Assembly: GCA_031279255.1 (NCBI GenBank)
Contig: JAITIW010000029.1
Span: forward strand, 1 to 51,022
Length of the DNA: 51,022 nucleotides
Direction of reading: 5' to 3'
DNA from: Puniceicoccales bacterium
GTDB taxonomy: Bacteria; Verrucomicrobiota; Verrucomicrobiia; Opitutales; JAIRLG01
Part shown: positions 1 through 9,198 of the stretch, one piece after another
How positions within the stretch are numbered: position 1 is the stretch's first letter
Layout: each line of letters starts with the position of its first letter
Notes under the pieces: model-generated
The model's input: only the letters and a program-made list of their open reading frames with translations
Database searches by the model: none
What the model was told of the DNA's origin: nothing
Program-made: the position numbers and the translations under genes

Positions 1-1
1 T

Positions 2-1210
2 CAATGGACGCCACTGCATGTCGCAGCGGAGAAAGGCCATGACGCTGTTGTTCAAGCCTTGCTAAGCTCCCCCGTGACTTCAGAACAAATAGCTACTCAA
101 CTGAATGCCAAAAATAAAGATGACTGGACGCCACTGCATTTCGCAGCATGGTATGGCAAGGACGCGGTTATCGAAATACTATTAGCCAAAGGTGCCGATG
201 TCAGGGCGAGAACTTTGGAGAGTCAATGGACGCCGCTGCATCTCGCAGCGCTGTTTGACCATGTTGAGGTCGTGAAAGCCTTACTAAGCGATTCCGTCCA
301 CCAAGATCAAATAACTGAACAGTTGAACGCCAAAAATAAAAATGACTGGACGCCACTGTATATCGCAGCGCAGGAGGGCCGTTTTGAGATCGCGAAACGA
401 TTGATAGAGAAAGGCGCCGATGTCATGGCGAGAACTTCGGAGGGACATGGTCAATGGACAGCGCTGCATATCGCAGCAAAGAAGGGCCATATCGCGGTTA
501 TTGAAGCCTTGCTAAGCGAACCCGTCCTCCAAGGAAAAAGAACTGAACAGTTGAACGCCAAAGATGGAAATGGCAGGACGCCACTGTATATCGCAGCAGC
601 GTATGGCCATGACGCTGTCGTGAAAGCCTTACTAAGCGATTCCGTCCACCAAGATCAAATAACTGAACAGTTGAACGCCAAAAATAAAAATGACTGGACG
701 CCACTGTATATCGCAGCAGCGAATGGCCATGACGCTGTTGTGAAAGCCTTGCTAGATCCTAAATATGTAACTCCAGAACAAATAACCGCTCAACTGAATG
801 CCAAAAATAAAGATGACTGGACGCCACTGCATTTCGCAGCGCGGTATGGCCGTGTTGAGATCGTGAAACGATTGATAGAGAAAGGCGCAGTGGTCGACGC
901 CCAAACCTCGGGTGGCTATACGCCGCTGCATCTCGTCATTTATAGACAAAAAAATGCCCAAGACCAACAACCTACACCTGAAGCTGCCGCTGCAATCGCT
1001 CGTGCCGTGCTGGCAAAACTCCAAGACCAAGGGATGGATAAGGACGCTATTGAAAGAATGCTTAAAAGCCTTGGAGACCACAACAAAGGTAAGGAATTTA
1101 AAGCTTGGGTAGCCGAAGCACGAAAACCAGAAAATGAATGGTATAAGCAAGTTTTGCTAGAGCATAACGTAAACCCTAAGGTGGGACTTTTGGAACGGCT
1201 TTTTCAGTAA
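2..1210 (+). CDS. Ankyrin-repeat protein, 5' partial (continues left of the window; the track's start at 59 is an internal TTG)
   Basis: Frame 2 reads QWTPLHVAAEKGHDAVVQALL from nt 2 with no stop. It has repeated ANK consensus units (DWTPLH/YxAAxxGHDAVVKALL; KGADVxARTxxGxWTxLHxAAxxGH). A non-ANK tail of ~90 aa follows. Confidence 0.85.
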   Translation, partial: QWTPLHVAAEKGHDAVVQALLSSPVTSEQIATQLNAKNKDDWTPLHFAAWYGKDAVIEILLAKGADVRARTLESQWTPLHLAALFDHVEVVKALLSDSVHQDQITEQLNAKNKNDWTPLYIAAQEGRFEIAKRLIEKGADVMARTSEGHGQWTALHIAAKKGHIAVIEALLSEPVLQGKRTEQLNAKDGNGRTPLYIAAAYGHDAVVKALLSDSVHQDQITEQLNAKNKNDWTPLYIAAANGHDAVVKALLDPKYVTPEQITAQLNAKNKDDWTPLHFAARYGRVEIVKRLIEKGAVVDAQTSGGYTPLHLVIYRQKNAQDQQPTPEAAAAIARAVLAKLQDQGMDKDAIERMLKSLGDHNKGKEFKAWVAEARKPENEWYKQVLLEHNVNPKVGLLERLFQ

Positions 1211-1265
1211 AAGCGAAACTGACGGCATAAAAATTCCACCGAGGCAATGGCCATGAACCTTGTAC

Positions 1266-1289
1266 GTCGGCAGCAGCTAAACTGCCGAC
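1266..1289 (+). terminator. Candidate stem-loop terminator after the ankyrin gene
   Basis: gtcggcag-cagctaaa-ctgccgac forms a perfect 8-bp stem about 55 nt after the stop. The T-tail is weak (atgttgtatt). Confidence 0.3.
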
Positions 1290-1409
1290 ATGTTGTATTA
1301 TCGTAAATTTGCTGCCGTAAAGATTACCCATCATCACCATAAAAATTCCTGAAAGGTTTTATTTGAAACGAGACGACTTTTACGTTTATTTTGCCTCAAG
1401 ATAACCCAG

Positions 1410-2183
1410 ATGGAAGATATGCCTATGCCTCATACGATTCCCTTCCTAAAAGTGCGAAACCTGGAAACGCGCTACGGTCAGCGCGTCATCATGCGGAATA
1501 TTTCCTTTGAACTGAAAAAAGGAGAAATTTGCCTCATCATCGGTGGCAGTGGTTGCGGGAAAAGTACCTTGCTGCGATACATGATCGGACTTATGACATC
1601 CCCACCGGGGCATATTTTTTACCAGGGTATCGATTTCGCCTTAGCGGATCCTATCCAATATGAACAGATTTCTCAGCAATTCGGTGTTCTCTTCCAAAGC
1701 GGCGCACTGTGGAGTGCCATGACCATAGCCGAAAACGTGGCATTACCTCTTAAGAGACACCATCCCCTTCATCCTGATGTCATGACCGATCTCGTCTCGT
1801 TAAAACTCGCTCTAGTCGGTCTGGAAAGCTATAAGGATCTCTATCCATCTGAAATTTCCGGCGGGATGCGCAAACTGGCGGGATTGGCCAGAGCCATGAT
1901 ACTGGACCCCAATATTCTCTTCTTCGACGAACCTTCGGCTGGACTCGATCCCATCAGTGCCCGCCATCTGGATGACTTAATTCTCAACATCAATCGGAGC
2001 TTCGGAACGACCATGGTCATCGTGACCCACGACCTGGAAAGTATTTTTAAGATCAACAGCCGCGTGATCTTTTTGGATGCCGAGACGCAATCCATTTTGG
2101 CCGACGGACTTGCCAAAGAACTGCGGGATCATTCCGATAAAGAAAAAATTCGCAAATTTCTTTCTTTTCATTCAGATCGTTAA
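1410..2183 (+). CDS. mlaF: ABC transporter ATP-binding protein, MlaF-like
   Basis: Walker A GGSGCGKST, signature ISGGMRKLAGLARA, Walker B ILFFDEPSAGLD. It is followed by MCE and PqiC-like genes. The start could also be one of the next two in-frame Met codons. Confidence 0.7.
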   Translation: MEDMPMPHTIPFLKVRNLETRYGQRVIMRNISFELKKGEICLIIGGSGCGKSTLLRYMIGLMTSPPGHIFYQGIDFALADPIQYEQISQQFGVLFQSGALWSAMTIAENVALPLKRHHPLHPDVMTDLVSLKLALVGLESYKDLYPSEISGGMRKLAGLARAMILDPNILFFDEPSAGLDPISARHLDDLILNINRSFGTTMVIVTHDLESIFKINSRVIFLDAETQSILADGLAKELRDHSDKEKIRKFLSFHSDR

Positions 2184-2195
2184 TGTATTTATTCG

Positions 2196-3227
2196 ATGGA
2201 TCACGTACGAGGCTCTACCGCTGCTTTAATTGGATTTTTCTTTCTGCTGGCATTTGCATTATTTTTGGCGGCGGTTGTGTTTCTGTCCACAGGCCTAAAA
2301 AGCAGCAAAAATGACGCTTTTTTCATCCTCTGCTTTGACAGTTCTCTCAATGGCCTAGAAGTCGGTGCACCGGTGAAATTCCGTGGTGTTCGCGTAGGAT
2401 CTGTCGAAAAAATTTCCGTCAGCTATGATCCAGAACAATCCATTGCCCAAACTCCCATCATTATCAAAACTGATCCTGATTTTCTCGATTGCTGCCGTGA
2501 TCGTAAAAAGGAATACCAGCACGATGCCTTGGTCAACCGTGAAACGGTACAATCTAGGGCCAATTTTTATCAGGCGCAAATTGCAAAAGGTCTATCGGCC
2601 AAACTGAGCATGGATAGTTTTCTGACGGGAAAACTTTTCATCGAACTGGATTACTACAACGATCGCCGCACACGTCAATTGATCCCGATCTTTCACGTCG
2701 AAGGAGAAAAAAAGCTGCCGCAAATCCCTACGGTTTATTCCGACATCGATCGCTTCCTACAACAGGTGGAGCACATCAATCTACCTCTCCTCTTGGATCA
2801 TCTGGAAAATTGCCTCTCGCATCTGGATGAAAAGATACAGAAAGTGGACATGGATACGATCATGAAAGCGGTGCAAGCATTCGGCCAATTTTCTCATTCT
2901 GCGGATGAAATTGCTCAGTCCGAGACGCTCAAACAGGGATTAGCGGCCATACGCGATACGTTTGTTCAAGGTTCCCAGACTTTTAAAACCTGGAACGAGA
3001 ACTTTCCAGATCTCAAGGCCGCTACCCAGCGTCTCCTAAAACATATTTCCAATGCCATAAGTGATATTCAATCCGACATCAATTCTGTTCTCGATGAAGA
3101 CTCACCTCTGCAGCAAGAGATCCTCAAGACCTTAAAAACTTTCTCCGACATGATCTTTAAACTACAGTCGCTCATCGAGTACCTTGAGCGTAATCCCAAT
3201 GCCATTTTAGCTGGCAAGCAAGCGTAA
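2196..3227 (+). CDS. MCE/MlaD-family protein with a long helical C-terminal extension
   Basis: N-terminal TM helix (ALIGFFFLLAFALFLAAVVFL) followed by an MCE core (LNGLEVGAPVKFRGVRVGSVEKISV). At 343 aa it is much longer than a minimal MlaD. Confidence 0.7.
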   Translation: MDHVRGSTAALIGFFFLLAFALFLAAVVFLSTGLKSSKNDAFFILCFDSSLNGLEVGAPVKFRGVRVGSVEKISVSYDPEQSIAQTPIIIKTDPDFLDCCRDRKKEYQHDALVNRETVQSRANFYQAQIAKGLSAKLSMDSFLTGKLFIELDYYNDRRTRQLIPIFHVEGEKKLPQIPTVYSDIDRFLQQVEHINLPLLLDHLENCLSHLDEKIQKVDMDTIMKAVQAFGQFSHSADEIAQSETLKQGLAAIRDTFVQGSQTFKTWNENFPDLKAATQRLLKHISNAISDIQSDINSVLDEDSPLQQEILKTLKTFSDMIFKLQSLIEYLERNPNAILAGKQA

Positions 3228-3233
3228 GATTCT

Positions 3234-3959
3234 ATGCCAAGATTCAAACATACATCGTGGAAAAGTCTGAGTACAGGCTTGTCTCTCCTTTTTTTGCCGG
3301 GATGTTTGGTGACACCCGTCAAGGACACGTCGAAGTTTTACGCGCTCGGCTTACATTCCCTTTCGGAAGAATCTTCCTCCAAAGGCCATGAAATTCCAGA
3401 AAAGTTACCCATCAAGATCGATCTTCAAGTCACTTCTCTGCCGTCCTATCTTCGGAAATCGCAACTCATGATTCAGCTCTCGGAACATGAAGTGCAATTC
3501 GACGAATTCCATCGCTGGGCAGAGCCTCTGGAAGAAGGACTTATGCGTATTATCCTTCCCCCACTTCGCAATGCCATTGCAGAAGCTTATCAACACCCGA
3601 TATCTGTACCCGAAAACATCTTACCCCATGAGGATTTTTCCAAGCTGCCTTCGACCTCTCCCAAAATACTGAAGGTAACATTATCCGTCGAAGAGTTGAA
3701 AGTAGATATATCTCGGCAGGATATTATTTTTCAGGGAGAAGTTTCCATCAGCTCTAAAAAAAAAGACGAGGTATCATATCGCTTGACGAAGCAGGAATCT
3801 TCTCATCGTCTTATAGTAGCTGAAAAACTATCTGATGTCCTAACGGCATCCAGCATCTCGTGGGGAAAAGTTGTAGAAGCTATGGAAGGTGTTCTTAAAA
3901 ATGTTGGAAATCGCATCGCAAATCTGTGTGCTCAGCATGTGGGACAAAATAATCTTTGA
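3234..3959 (+). CDS. ABC-transport auxiliary lipoprotein (PqiC/YmbA, DUF330-like)
   Basis: Lipobox-like LLFLPGC signal, and the family-typical HRWAEPLEEGL motif preceded by LPSYL. It lies 6 nt after the MCE gene. Confidence 0.65.
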   Translation: MPRFKHTSWKSLSTGLSLLFLPGCLVTPVKDTSKFYALGLHSLSEESSSKGHEIPEKLPIKIDLQVTSLPSYLRKSQLMIQLSEHEVQFDEFHRWAEPLEEGLMRIILPPLRNAIAEAYQHPISVPENILPHEDFSKLPSTSPKILKVTLSVEELKVDISRQDIIFQGEVSISSKKKDEVSYRLTKQESSHRLIVAEKLSDVLTASSISWGKVVEAMEGVLKNVGNRIANLCAQHVGQNNL

Positions 3960-4013
3960 CAGCTCGATGGAGAAAATTTCACGTCATGGGCAGTGGCTAC
4001 ACTGTAATTTTCA

Positions 4014-5084
4014 ATGGTCGATATAAAAATTCGAAAACTCGTAAAACGATTCCAAGATAGTGTCGTTCTAGACCATATTGGTCTTTCCATTTATTCCGGT
4101 GAACTATTTTTTCTACTGGGCCCGAGCGGATGCGGGAAAACGACTCTCCTGAGAACAATCGCAGGGTTTTACATCCCCGAAGAGGGCAGAATTTGTTTCG
4201 GAGAGCGCGATGTCACTCGATTGCTGCCCCATAAACGAGGCACAGGAATGGTTTTCCAAAGCTATGCCCTATGGCCTCACATGACCGTGGCTCAAAATGT
4301 CGCTTTCGGTCTCGAGCAGAAGAAGCTTCCCAAGAACGAGATCCCCCAAAAGGTCGATGAAGCTCTGGAGAGCGTTCAGATGAAATCTTACGCCAACCGG
4401 AAACCTAATGAATTATCCGGTGGTCAGCAGCAGAGAATCGCCCTCGCCCGAGCATTAGTCGTACGACCGAATTGCCTTTTACTCGACGAACCGCTTTCCA
4501 ATCTCGATGCCCAACTGCGCAACGAAATGCGGGGCGAAATACGGAAAATTTGCAAAGAAAATGGTCTGACGACGATTTATGTGACGCATGATCAAAAAGA
4601 AGCACTCTGTATTGCCGATCGCATCGCGGTACTCTCAAAAGGGAAAGTGGAACAAGTTGGAACTCCGATGGAGCTCTATCGACGGCCTAAGAATACTTTC
4701 GTGGCGAATTTTATAGGCGATACTAACCTTTTGGAAGGGGTTATTCTGCGCGTCAATTCCGAAGAAATCATGGTCCGGACTCCTATTGGGAGTTTCTGCG
4801 GTATTTTATCCGATAAAAATCATACACCTACGCCCGGAACTAATGTTCAGGTCTCCATACGACCGGAAGCATTGCGCCTTGATATTTACCCTTCCGAGGA
4901 TAACTGCATCGAAGGGCATATTAAGACGGCCATTTATTTCGGAGAACTTGCCCACTACCAGTTCGAAAAAAATGGAATTTCTCTAAAAATTTCAGAGATC
5001 AATCCTCAACACTTCGAATCCTTTCAGCAAAAAACTGTCTATGCCTATGCATCTCCAGAAGACGTCGTCATTCTTTTTCGATAA
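4014..5084 (+). CDS. ABC transporter ATP-binding protein, PotA/FbpC/MalK type
   Basis: Walker A GPSGCGKTT, signature LSGGQQQRIALARAL, Walker B LLLDEPLSNLD, H-loop YVTHDQ. A C-terminal TOBE-like regulatory domain is present. Confidence 0.85.
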   Translation: MVDIKIRKLVKRFQDSVVLDHIGLSIYSGELFFLLGPSGCGKTTLLRTIAGFYIPEEGRICFGERDVTRLLPHKRGTGMVFQSYALWPHMTVAQNVAFGLEQKKLPKNEIPQKVDEALESVQMKSYANRKPNELSGGQQQRIALARALVVRPNCLLLDEPLSNLDAQLRNEMRGEIRKICKENGLTTIYVTHDQKEALCIADRIAVLSKGKVEQVGTPMELYRRPKNTFVANFIGDTNLLEGVILRVNSEEIMVRTPIGSFCGILSDKNHTPTPGTNVQVSIRPEALRLDIYPSEDNCIEGHIKTAIYFGELAHYQFEKNGISLKISEINPQHFESFQQKTVYAYASPEDVVILFR

Positions 5085-5115
5085 AGAGGAATAAATCTCA
5101 TCGGAAAATTCCTTT

Positions 5116-6774
5116 ATGTTTGCCATAAAACATGTCGTGATCCTGGTGGCTATTGCCTTCGTTATTGCTGTTCCATTTGCTTTTCGCTCGCCATCCGATT
5201 CTCTCACACCATCGGTCCATGACGATGTTTTGGTCGTCATCACGGCACATAACGAATCTCTACGCCGGGAATATGGCCATGGGTTTCGAGAATGGTATCG
5301 AAAGAAAACAGGCAAGGATGTCGTCATCGACTGGCGCCATCCAGGAGGTGGTCGTGATGTCGCTCGCTATGTTGATTCCATGTTCATCAACAATTTTCGG
5401 CTCTACTGGGAGAGCTTAGGCCGTGTTTGGACACAGGAGATAAGAGGAATTTTTCTACGGCTCGAACACATCGACAAAAATTCTCCTCCATTAGAACAGG
5501 AAGTGAAAGACCTATTTCTATCCTCTGACGTCGGATGTAATATCGATGTTTTTTTCGGTGGCGGTATTTTTGAACACCAACTGAATGCTCGAAGAGGTTA
5601 TTTGGTAGCCAGCCATTTGAAAGAAGAACATCCGGAGCTTTTTATGGAAGATAAGATTCCTGAAATACTTGCCGGTGAGCAGCTCTACGACAAGGATGGC
5701 CTCTGGTATGGCGGCAGTCTCACTTCTTTCGGAATTATCTACAACGAAGATGCTATTCGAGAACTGGAAATAGATCACCCTCCTCGTACCTGGATGGATT
5801 TAGCAAATCCTAAATATTTCAGAAGTATTGCCATTGTGGATCCCTCCAAAAGCTCCTCGACATTAAAATCCTTCGAAATGCTCATTCAGCAACAGATGCA
5901 ACGATCATTACAGGAACTCCAAAATGCATCGAAATATGAAATTAAAAAATACGAATTGGAAAAACAAGCGATGCATCAAGGATGGATACAAGGGCTACAG
6001 CTATTGCAAAAAATTGTCGCCAATGGACGTTACTTCACCGATTCTTCTGGGAAAATCATCACCGATGTCGCGGCTGGGAATTGCCCCATCGGGATTGCCG
6101 TCGATTTCTACGGAAGAGCCCAAAAGGCAAACATTCAGGAACGAGGCGGAGTGCAACGTTTTGCCTTTGTTCTCCCCCGAGGCGGCGAAGCTCCATCTCC
6201 TGATTCTATCTCACTCTTTAGAGGTTCTCAGCATACGAAATACGCCAAAGCTTTCATAGAATATATCGTCTCGCTGCCGGGTCAACAGTTGCTCGCCTTC
6301 AAAGTCGGTGTAGCGGGAGGGCCTATATGTTCGCCCTTATGCCGTACACCTATTCTGAAAACGGTCTACGGCGATGAGTTTCAATCTTCTCGCCTGGAGG
6401 GCTATGAAGATCCCTACCAATCGGCCGAAGATTTCGTGTATCGTCCCGAGTGGACAAAACCCGTGCATAACCTCTTGGGCTTCGTCGTAAAAGTGGCTTT
6501 TATCGATGCAGCGGATGAGCTGATATCGGCATGGCAGCAAATTATTCGCGCACAGAATGAAGGCCGGACCAAAGATGCCGAAAAAGCACTAAAGATTTTC
6601 TCGGACATGACTTTGCTAAGCTATCCCATCGTTCGTACATCTTTCGCTGAAGCCTTGTACCATAAAGATCCCTTAGTGACGAATCGTTACCAGATGGACC
6701 TGACGAACAAATTCCGTCATCAATATCTGTTGGCGAAACAGCTAGCCAAAGGTCTAGATGGCGTCGTCAAATAA
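5116..6774 (+). CDS. Putative membrane-anchored ABC substrate-binding protein (family-1 SBP-like)
   Basis: An N-terminal hydrophobic anchor is followed by VLVVITAHNESLRREYGHGFREWYRKKTGKDVVIDWRHPGGG, which is typical of Fe3+/polyamine-type SBP N-lobes. It sits 31 nt after the ATPase gene. The family assignment is from memory only. Confidence 0.55.
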   Translation: MFAIKHVVILVAIAFVIAVPFAFRSPSDSLTPSVHDDVLVVITAHNESLRREYGHGFREWYRKKTGKDVVIDWRHPGGGRDVARYVDSMFINNFRLYWESLGRVWTQEIRGIFLRLEHIDKNSPPLEQEVKDLFLSSDVGCNIDVFFGGGIFEHQLNARRGYLVASHLKEEHPELFMEDKIPEILAGEQLYDKDGLWYGGSLTSFGIIYNEDAIRELEIDHPPRTWMDLANPKYFRSIAIVDPSKSSSTLKSFEMLIQQQMQRSLQELQNASKYEIKKYELEKQAMHQGWIQGLQLLQKIVANGRYFTDSSGKIITDVAAGNCPIGIAVDFYGRAQKANIQERGGVQRFAFVLPRGGEAPSPDSISLFRGSQHTKYAKAFIEYIVSLPGQQLLAFKVGVAGGPICSPLCRTPILKTVYGDEFQSSRLEGYEDPYQSAEDFVYRPEWTKPVHNLLGFVVKVAFIDAADELISAWQQIIRAQNEGRTKDAEKALKIFSDMTLLSYPIVRTSFAEALYHKDPLVTNRYQMDLTNKFRHQYLLAKQLAKGLDGVVK

Positions 6775-6892
6775 AAGATTGATAAAGGGAAAAGAGGGAG
6801 GAGAAGGGACACATAGGAGGCACGACCTATCTATCAGGTAAGTTATAGAATAAGGTGAAAAGGTTATTGCCTGATTTGATGACTTCCTCTAG
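6753..6892 (+). mobile_element. MITE-like element, copy A (TIR GTCGTCAAAT / ATTTGATGAC, bracketed by CTAG)
   Basis: It aligns by eye over its full length with 12869-13023 (+), 19729-19851 (-) and 23448-23601 (-). It has a purine-rich core (aaagggaaaagagggaggagaagggacacataggagg). Its left end overlaps the last codons and the stop of the 5116-6774 CDS. Confidence 0.65.
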
Positions 6893-7183
6893 CTTTCAGG
6901 CTCCAATCACTTGTACTGCTGCCCGTAAAAGCATACGGCCCGCTTTTCTGAATTTTCATCCCTGGAAATATGCCTCGAAGTCTTAGGATTGAAGGAAATA
7001 GCTAGGATTTACATTCTATTTACAATTTTCAGAAACCGTCTTTTGACAAAAAACCGTCGTCGGAACCACGCTTCAGCGCCTATTCGCATGCATATATGGC
7101 ACTCGCGATGATAAAAGCAGCGATGATAAGGCTTATAAAGCGTTTGCTTTTCACAAGTTTTAAAAAATCATGCCACATTTTAT

Positions 7184-8524
7184 TCAAAAAGATAAAGGAT
7201 TTTCCATGCCCATCTTGGACATCATCTGCTGCAATTCCCTTCGTCCATGAGCGCTCTTCGTCTTCTTCATCATCTGTTGCATATGACGAAATTGCTTTAG
7301 AAGCGAATTGACATCAGCCAATGTCGTGCCAGAGCCATTCGCAATGCGCACACGCCGCGGACCATGAATAATGTCAGGATGTTGCCGCTCCTTAGGGGTC
7401 ATCGAAGAAATCATGGCTTCCACCTTTTTGAAGCGCTTATCGGTATCTTCGGAAGATATGCGATTAGAACCCGGGAAATATTGCAATAAGGAGCCAAGCG
7501 ACCCTGCTGTCTGAAATTTCCGCAGCTGTTGTAAAAAATCCTCCAAGGTAAAACTCGATCGTTTTATCTTTTCTGCCAATCGCTCCGATTCTCGTTGATC
7601 AATGATTTCCTCAGTCTTTTCGACGAGAGAGACAATATCTCCCATTCCCAAAATCCGCTGAGCAATACGATCGGCATGAAAAATTTCTAGATCTGAAATT
7701 TTTTCGCCCGTACCTATGAAGCGGATCGGAACCTGCGTCACAGATTTCATCGAAATGGCAGCACCTCCACGCGCATCGCCATCCAACTTCGTCAGCACGA
7801 TGCCCGTAAGCGTCAAAGCCTCATGAAAATGCTTGGCGACATTGACCGCTTCTTGGCCCAAAGCGCTATCGGCCACCAGTAAAACTTCCTGTGCCTGGAT
7901 CAATGACTGGATCTCCTTAAGTTCCTGAACCAATGCATCTTCGATTTGTAAACGACCTGCTGTATCCCATAAAATGGCATCGCATGACTGTTGCTTCGCC
8001 CAGTTGAGTCCCGATGATGCGATCGAAAGCACATGCTTTTTGTCGCGATCGCCATAAAACGGAACCGATACCTGTTGGGCCAATTGCTCGAGCTGGTCGA
8101 TGGCTGCCGGACGATCCACATCGCAGGCGATGACAGCGGGATGATATCCCTTTTTTTGCAACATCGCCGCCAATTTAACGGTTGTCGTCGTCTTGCCGGA
8201 ACCATGAAGGCCCAGCATTAAAATCCTCAACGGTTTTCGGACAAAGAAATCCGGAGCTTTCCCCCCCAATAACGAAACGAGTTCCTCATGGATCTCGCGA
8301 ATGAGCTGCTGACCCGGCGTCACGCCCAAAGTGACCTTTTTCCCAAGGCATTCTGTCTGCACGCGGGTTATAAATTCCTTCGCTACTTTGTAGTGAACAT
8401 CGGCATTCAATAGGGCTGTCTTTACATGGACCAGGGCATCGGCGACATTGGCTTCCGAAATCTTGTTGAGGCCGCGTATTGCCCGAATGGCTTGGCTCAT
8501 TTTATCCGTGATCGCTTCAAACAT
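7184..8524 (-). CDS. ffh: Signal recognition particle protein Ffh
   Basis: N and G domains are present (GLHGSGKTTT, DTAGR, LTKLDGDARGGAA). The C-terminal domain is Met-rich (QFRHMQQMMKK...QQMMSKMGM). Confidence 0.95.
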   Translation of the reverse strand: MFEAITDKMSQAIRAIRGLNKISEANVADALVHVKTALLNADVHYKVAKEFITRVQTECLGKKVTLGVTPGQQLIREIHEELVSLLGGKAPDFFVRKPLRILMLGLHGSGKTTTTVKLAAMLQKKGYHPAVIACDVDRPAAIDQLEQLAQQVSVPFYGDRDKKHVLSIASSGLNWAKQQSCDAILWDTAGRLQIEDALVQELKEIQSLIQAQEVLLVADSALGQEAVNVAKHFHEALTLTGIVLTKLDGDARGGAAISMKSVTQVPIRFIGTGEKISDLEIFHADRIAQRILGMGDIVSLVEKTEEIIDQRESERLAEKIKRSSFTLEDFLQQLRKFQTAGSLGSLLQYFPGSNRISSEDTDKRFKKVEAMISSMTPKERQHPDIIHGPRRVRIANGSGTTLADVNSLLKQFRHMQQMMKKTKSAHGRRELQQMMSKMGMENPLSF

Positions 8525-8709
8525 CTCGCTCTTTTATCAATTTCTCTCAACATTTGTTAGTAGCAATATTCCCCATAAATGTAAAGTGTATCTCGCAAAT
8601 ACCTTCCAAAACTTCCCACAATCCAAAAACTAAAGAATTGTTTCGTTTTACCAAAATAAACCATAGAGATTAAACTATAGAATATGGAAATGTCCCTTCG
8701 CCATTTTTT

Positions 8710-8810
8710 CCACCGCCTTCGAGCCCAATGGGCTCGCTCGCATAGCGAGCCTGCGCCCTCGGCGAAAGGAAGACCTTCGGTCTTCTTTCGCCGGGGCGCA
8801 AAGGCGGTGG
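8710..8810. repeat. GC-rich nested-hairpin element G1 (101 bp)
   Basis: The outer inverted repeat ccaccgcctt...aaggcggtgg encloses hairpins gagccc-aat-gggctc, gctcgc-ata-gcgagc and gaagacc-ttc-ggtcttc. It is near-identical to 21817-21917. Confidence 0.8.
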
Positions 8811-8824
8811 AGCCGAGCTATTCC

Positions 8825-9138
8825 CAAGAACCGAGCGACTCTCAAGAACGGAAAATTGAGAAATGTACCTCCTGAGGAATGAAACCGAAACATGTGCTCT
8901 CGAGAACGGAAACCCAAAATGTGCTTCCGAAAAGGGGATATATTCTTCTTAAATCCAGAAATGCGCTTCCGAGAATGAAAAATCAAGAAAGACACTCCAG
9001 AGGACGGAAAACCGAAAACGCGTCCCTAAAAGGGAAAAACCGAAAAATATACTCCCGAAAAAAGAAATATATTCTTCTTGAATCCAGAAATGCACTTCCC
9101 AAAAATGAAAATCGAGAAATTCACGAAAAAGTCCAGCA
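8825..9138. repeat. Degenerate tandem array of ~9-10 units of ~30 bp
   Basis: The approximate unit consensus is aacGGAAAAcCGAAAAtgtgCTyCCgAg. There is a higher-order ~128-bp repeat (8936-8990 vs 9064-9119; atattcttctt[a/g]aatccagaaatgc[g/a]cttcc). Confidence 0.7.
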
Positions 9139-9198
9139 TTGACGATTCATCCTCGACAACCCGGTGCTTCTCTGTATTTTCGGGCTCAGGTTGGGATT

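Noticed and set aside
7096-7311. 71-aa + strand ORF
   Set aside because: It is antisense to the 3' end of ffh, with low-complexity Ser-rich ends.
8825-9138. Possible CRISPR array
   Set aside because: The units are contiguous degenerate repeats with no unique spacers, the repeat sequence is poorly conserved, and no cas genes are present in the window.
8675-9142. Track ORFs 8675-8995 (-), 8684-8875 (+) and 8879-9142 (+)
   Set aside because: They lie entirely on the GC-rich hairpin element and the tandem array. Their peptides are low-complexity translations of the repeats. I kept only a note that the 87-aa basic ORF could be tested.
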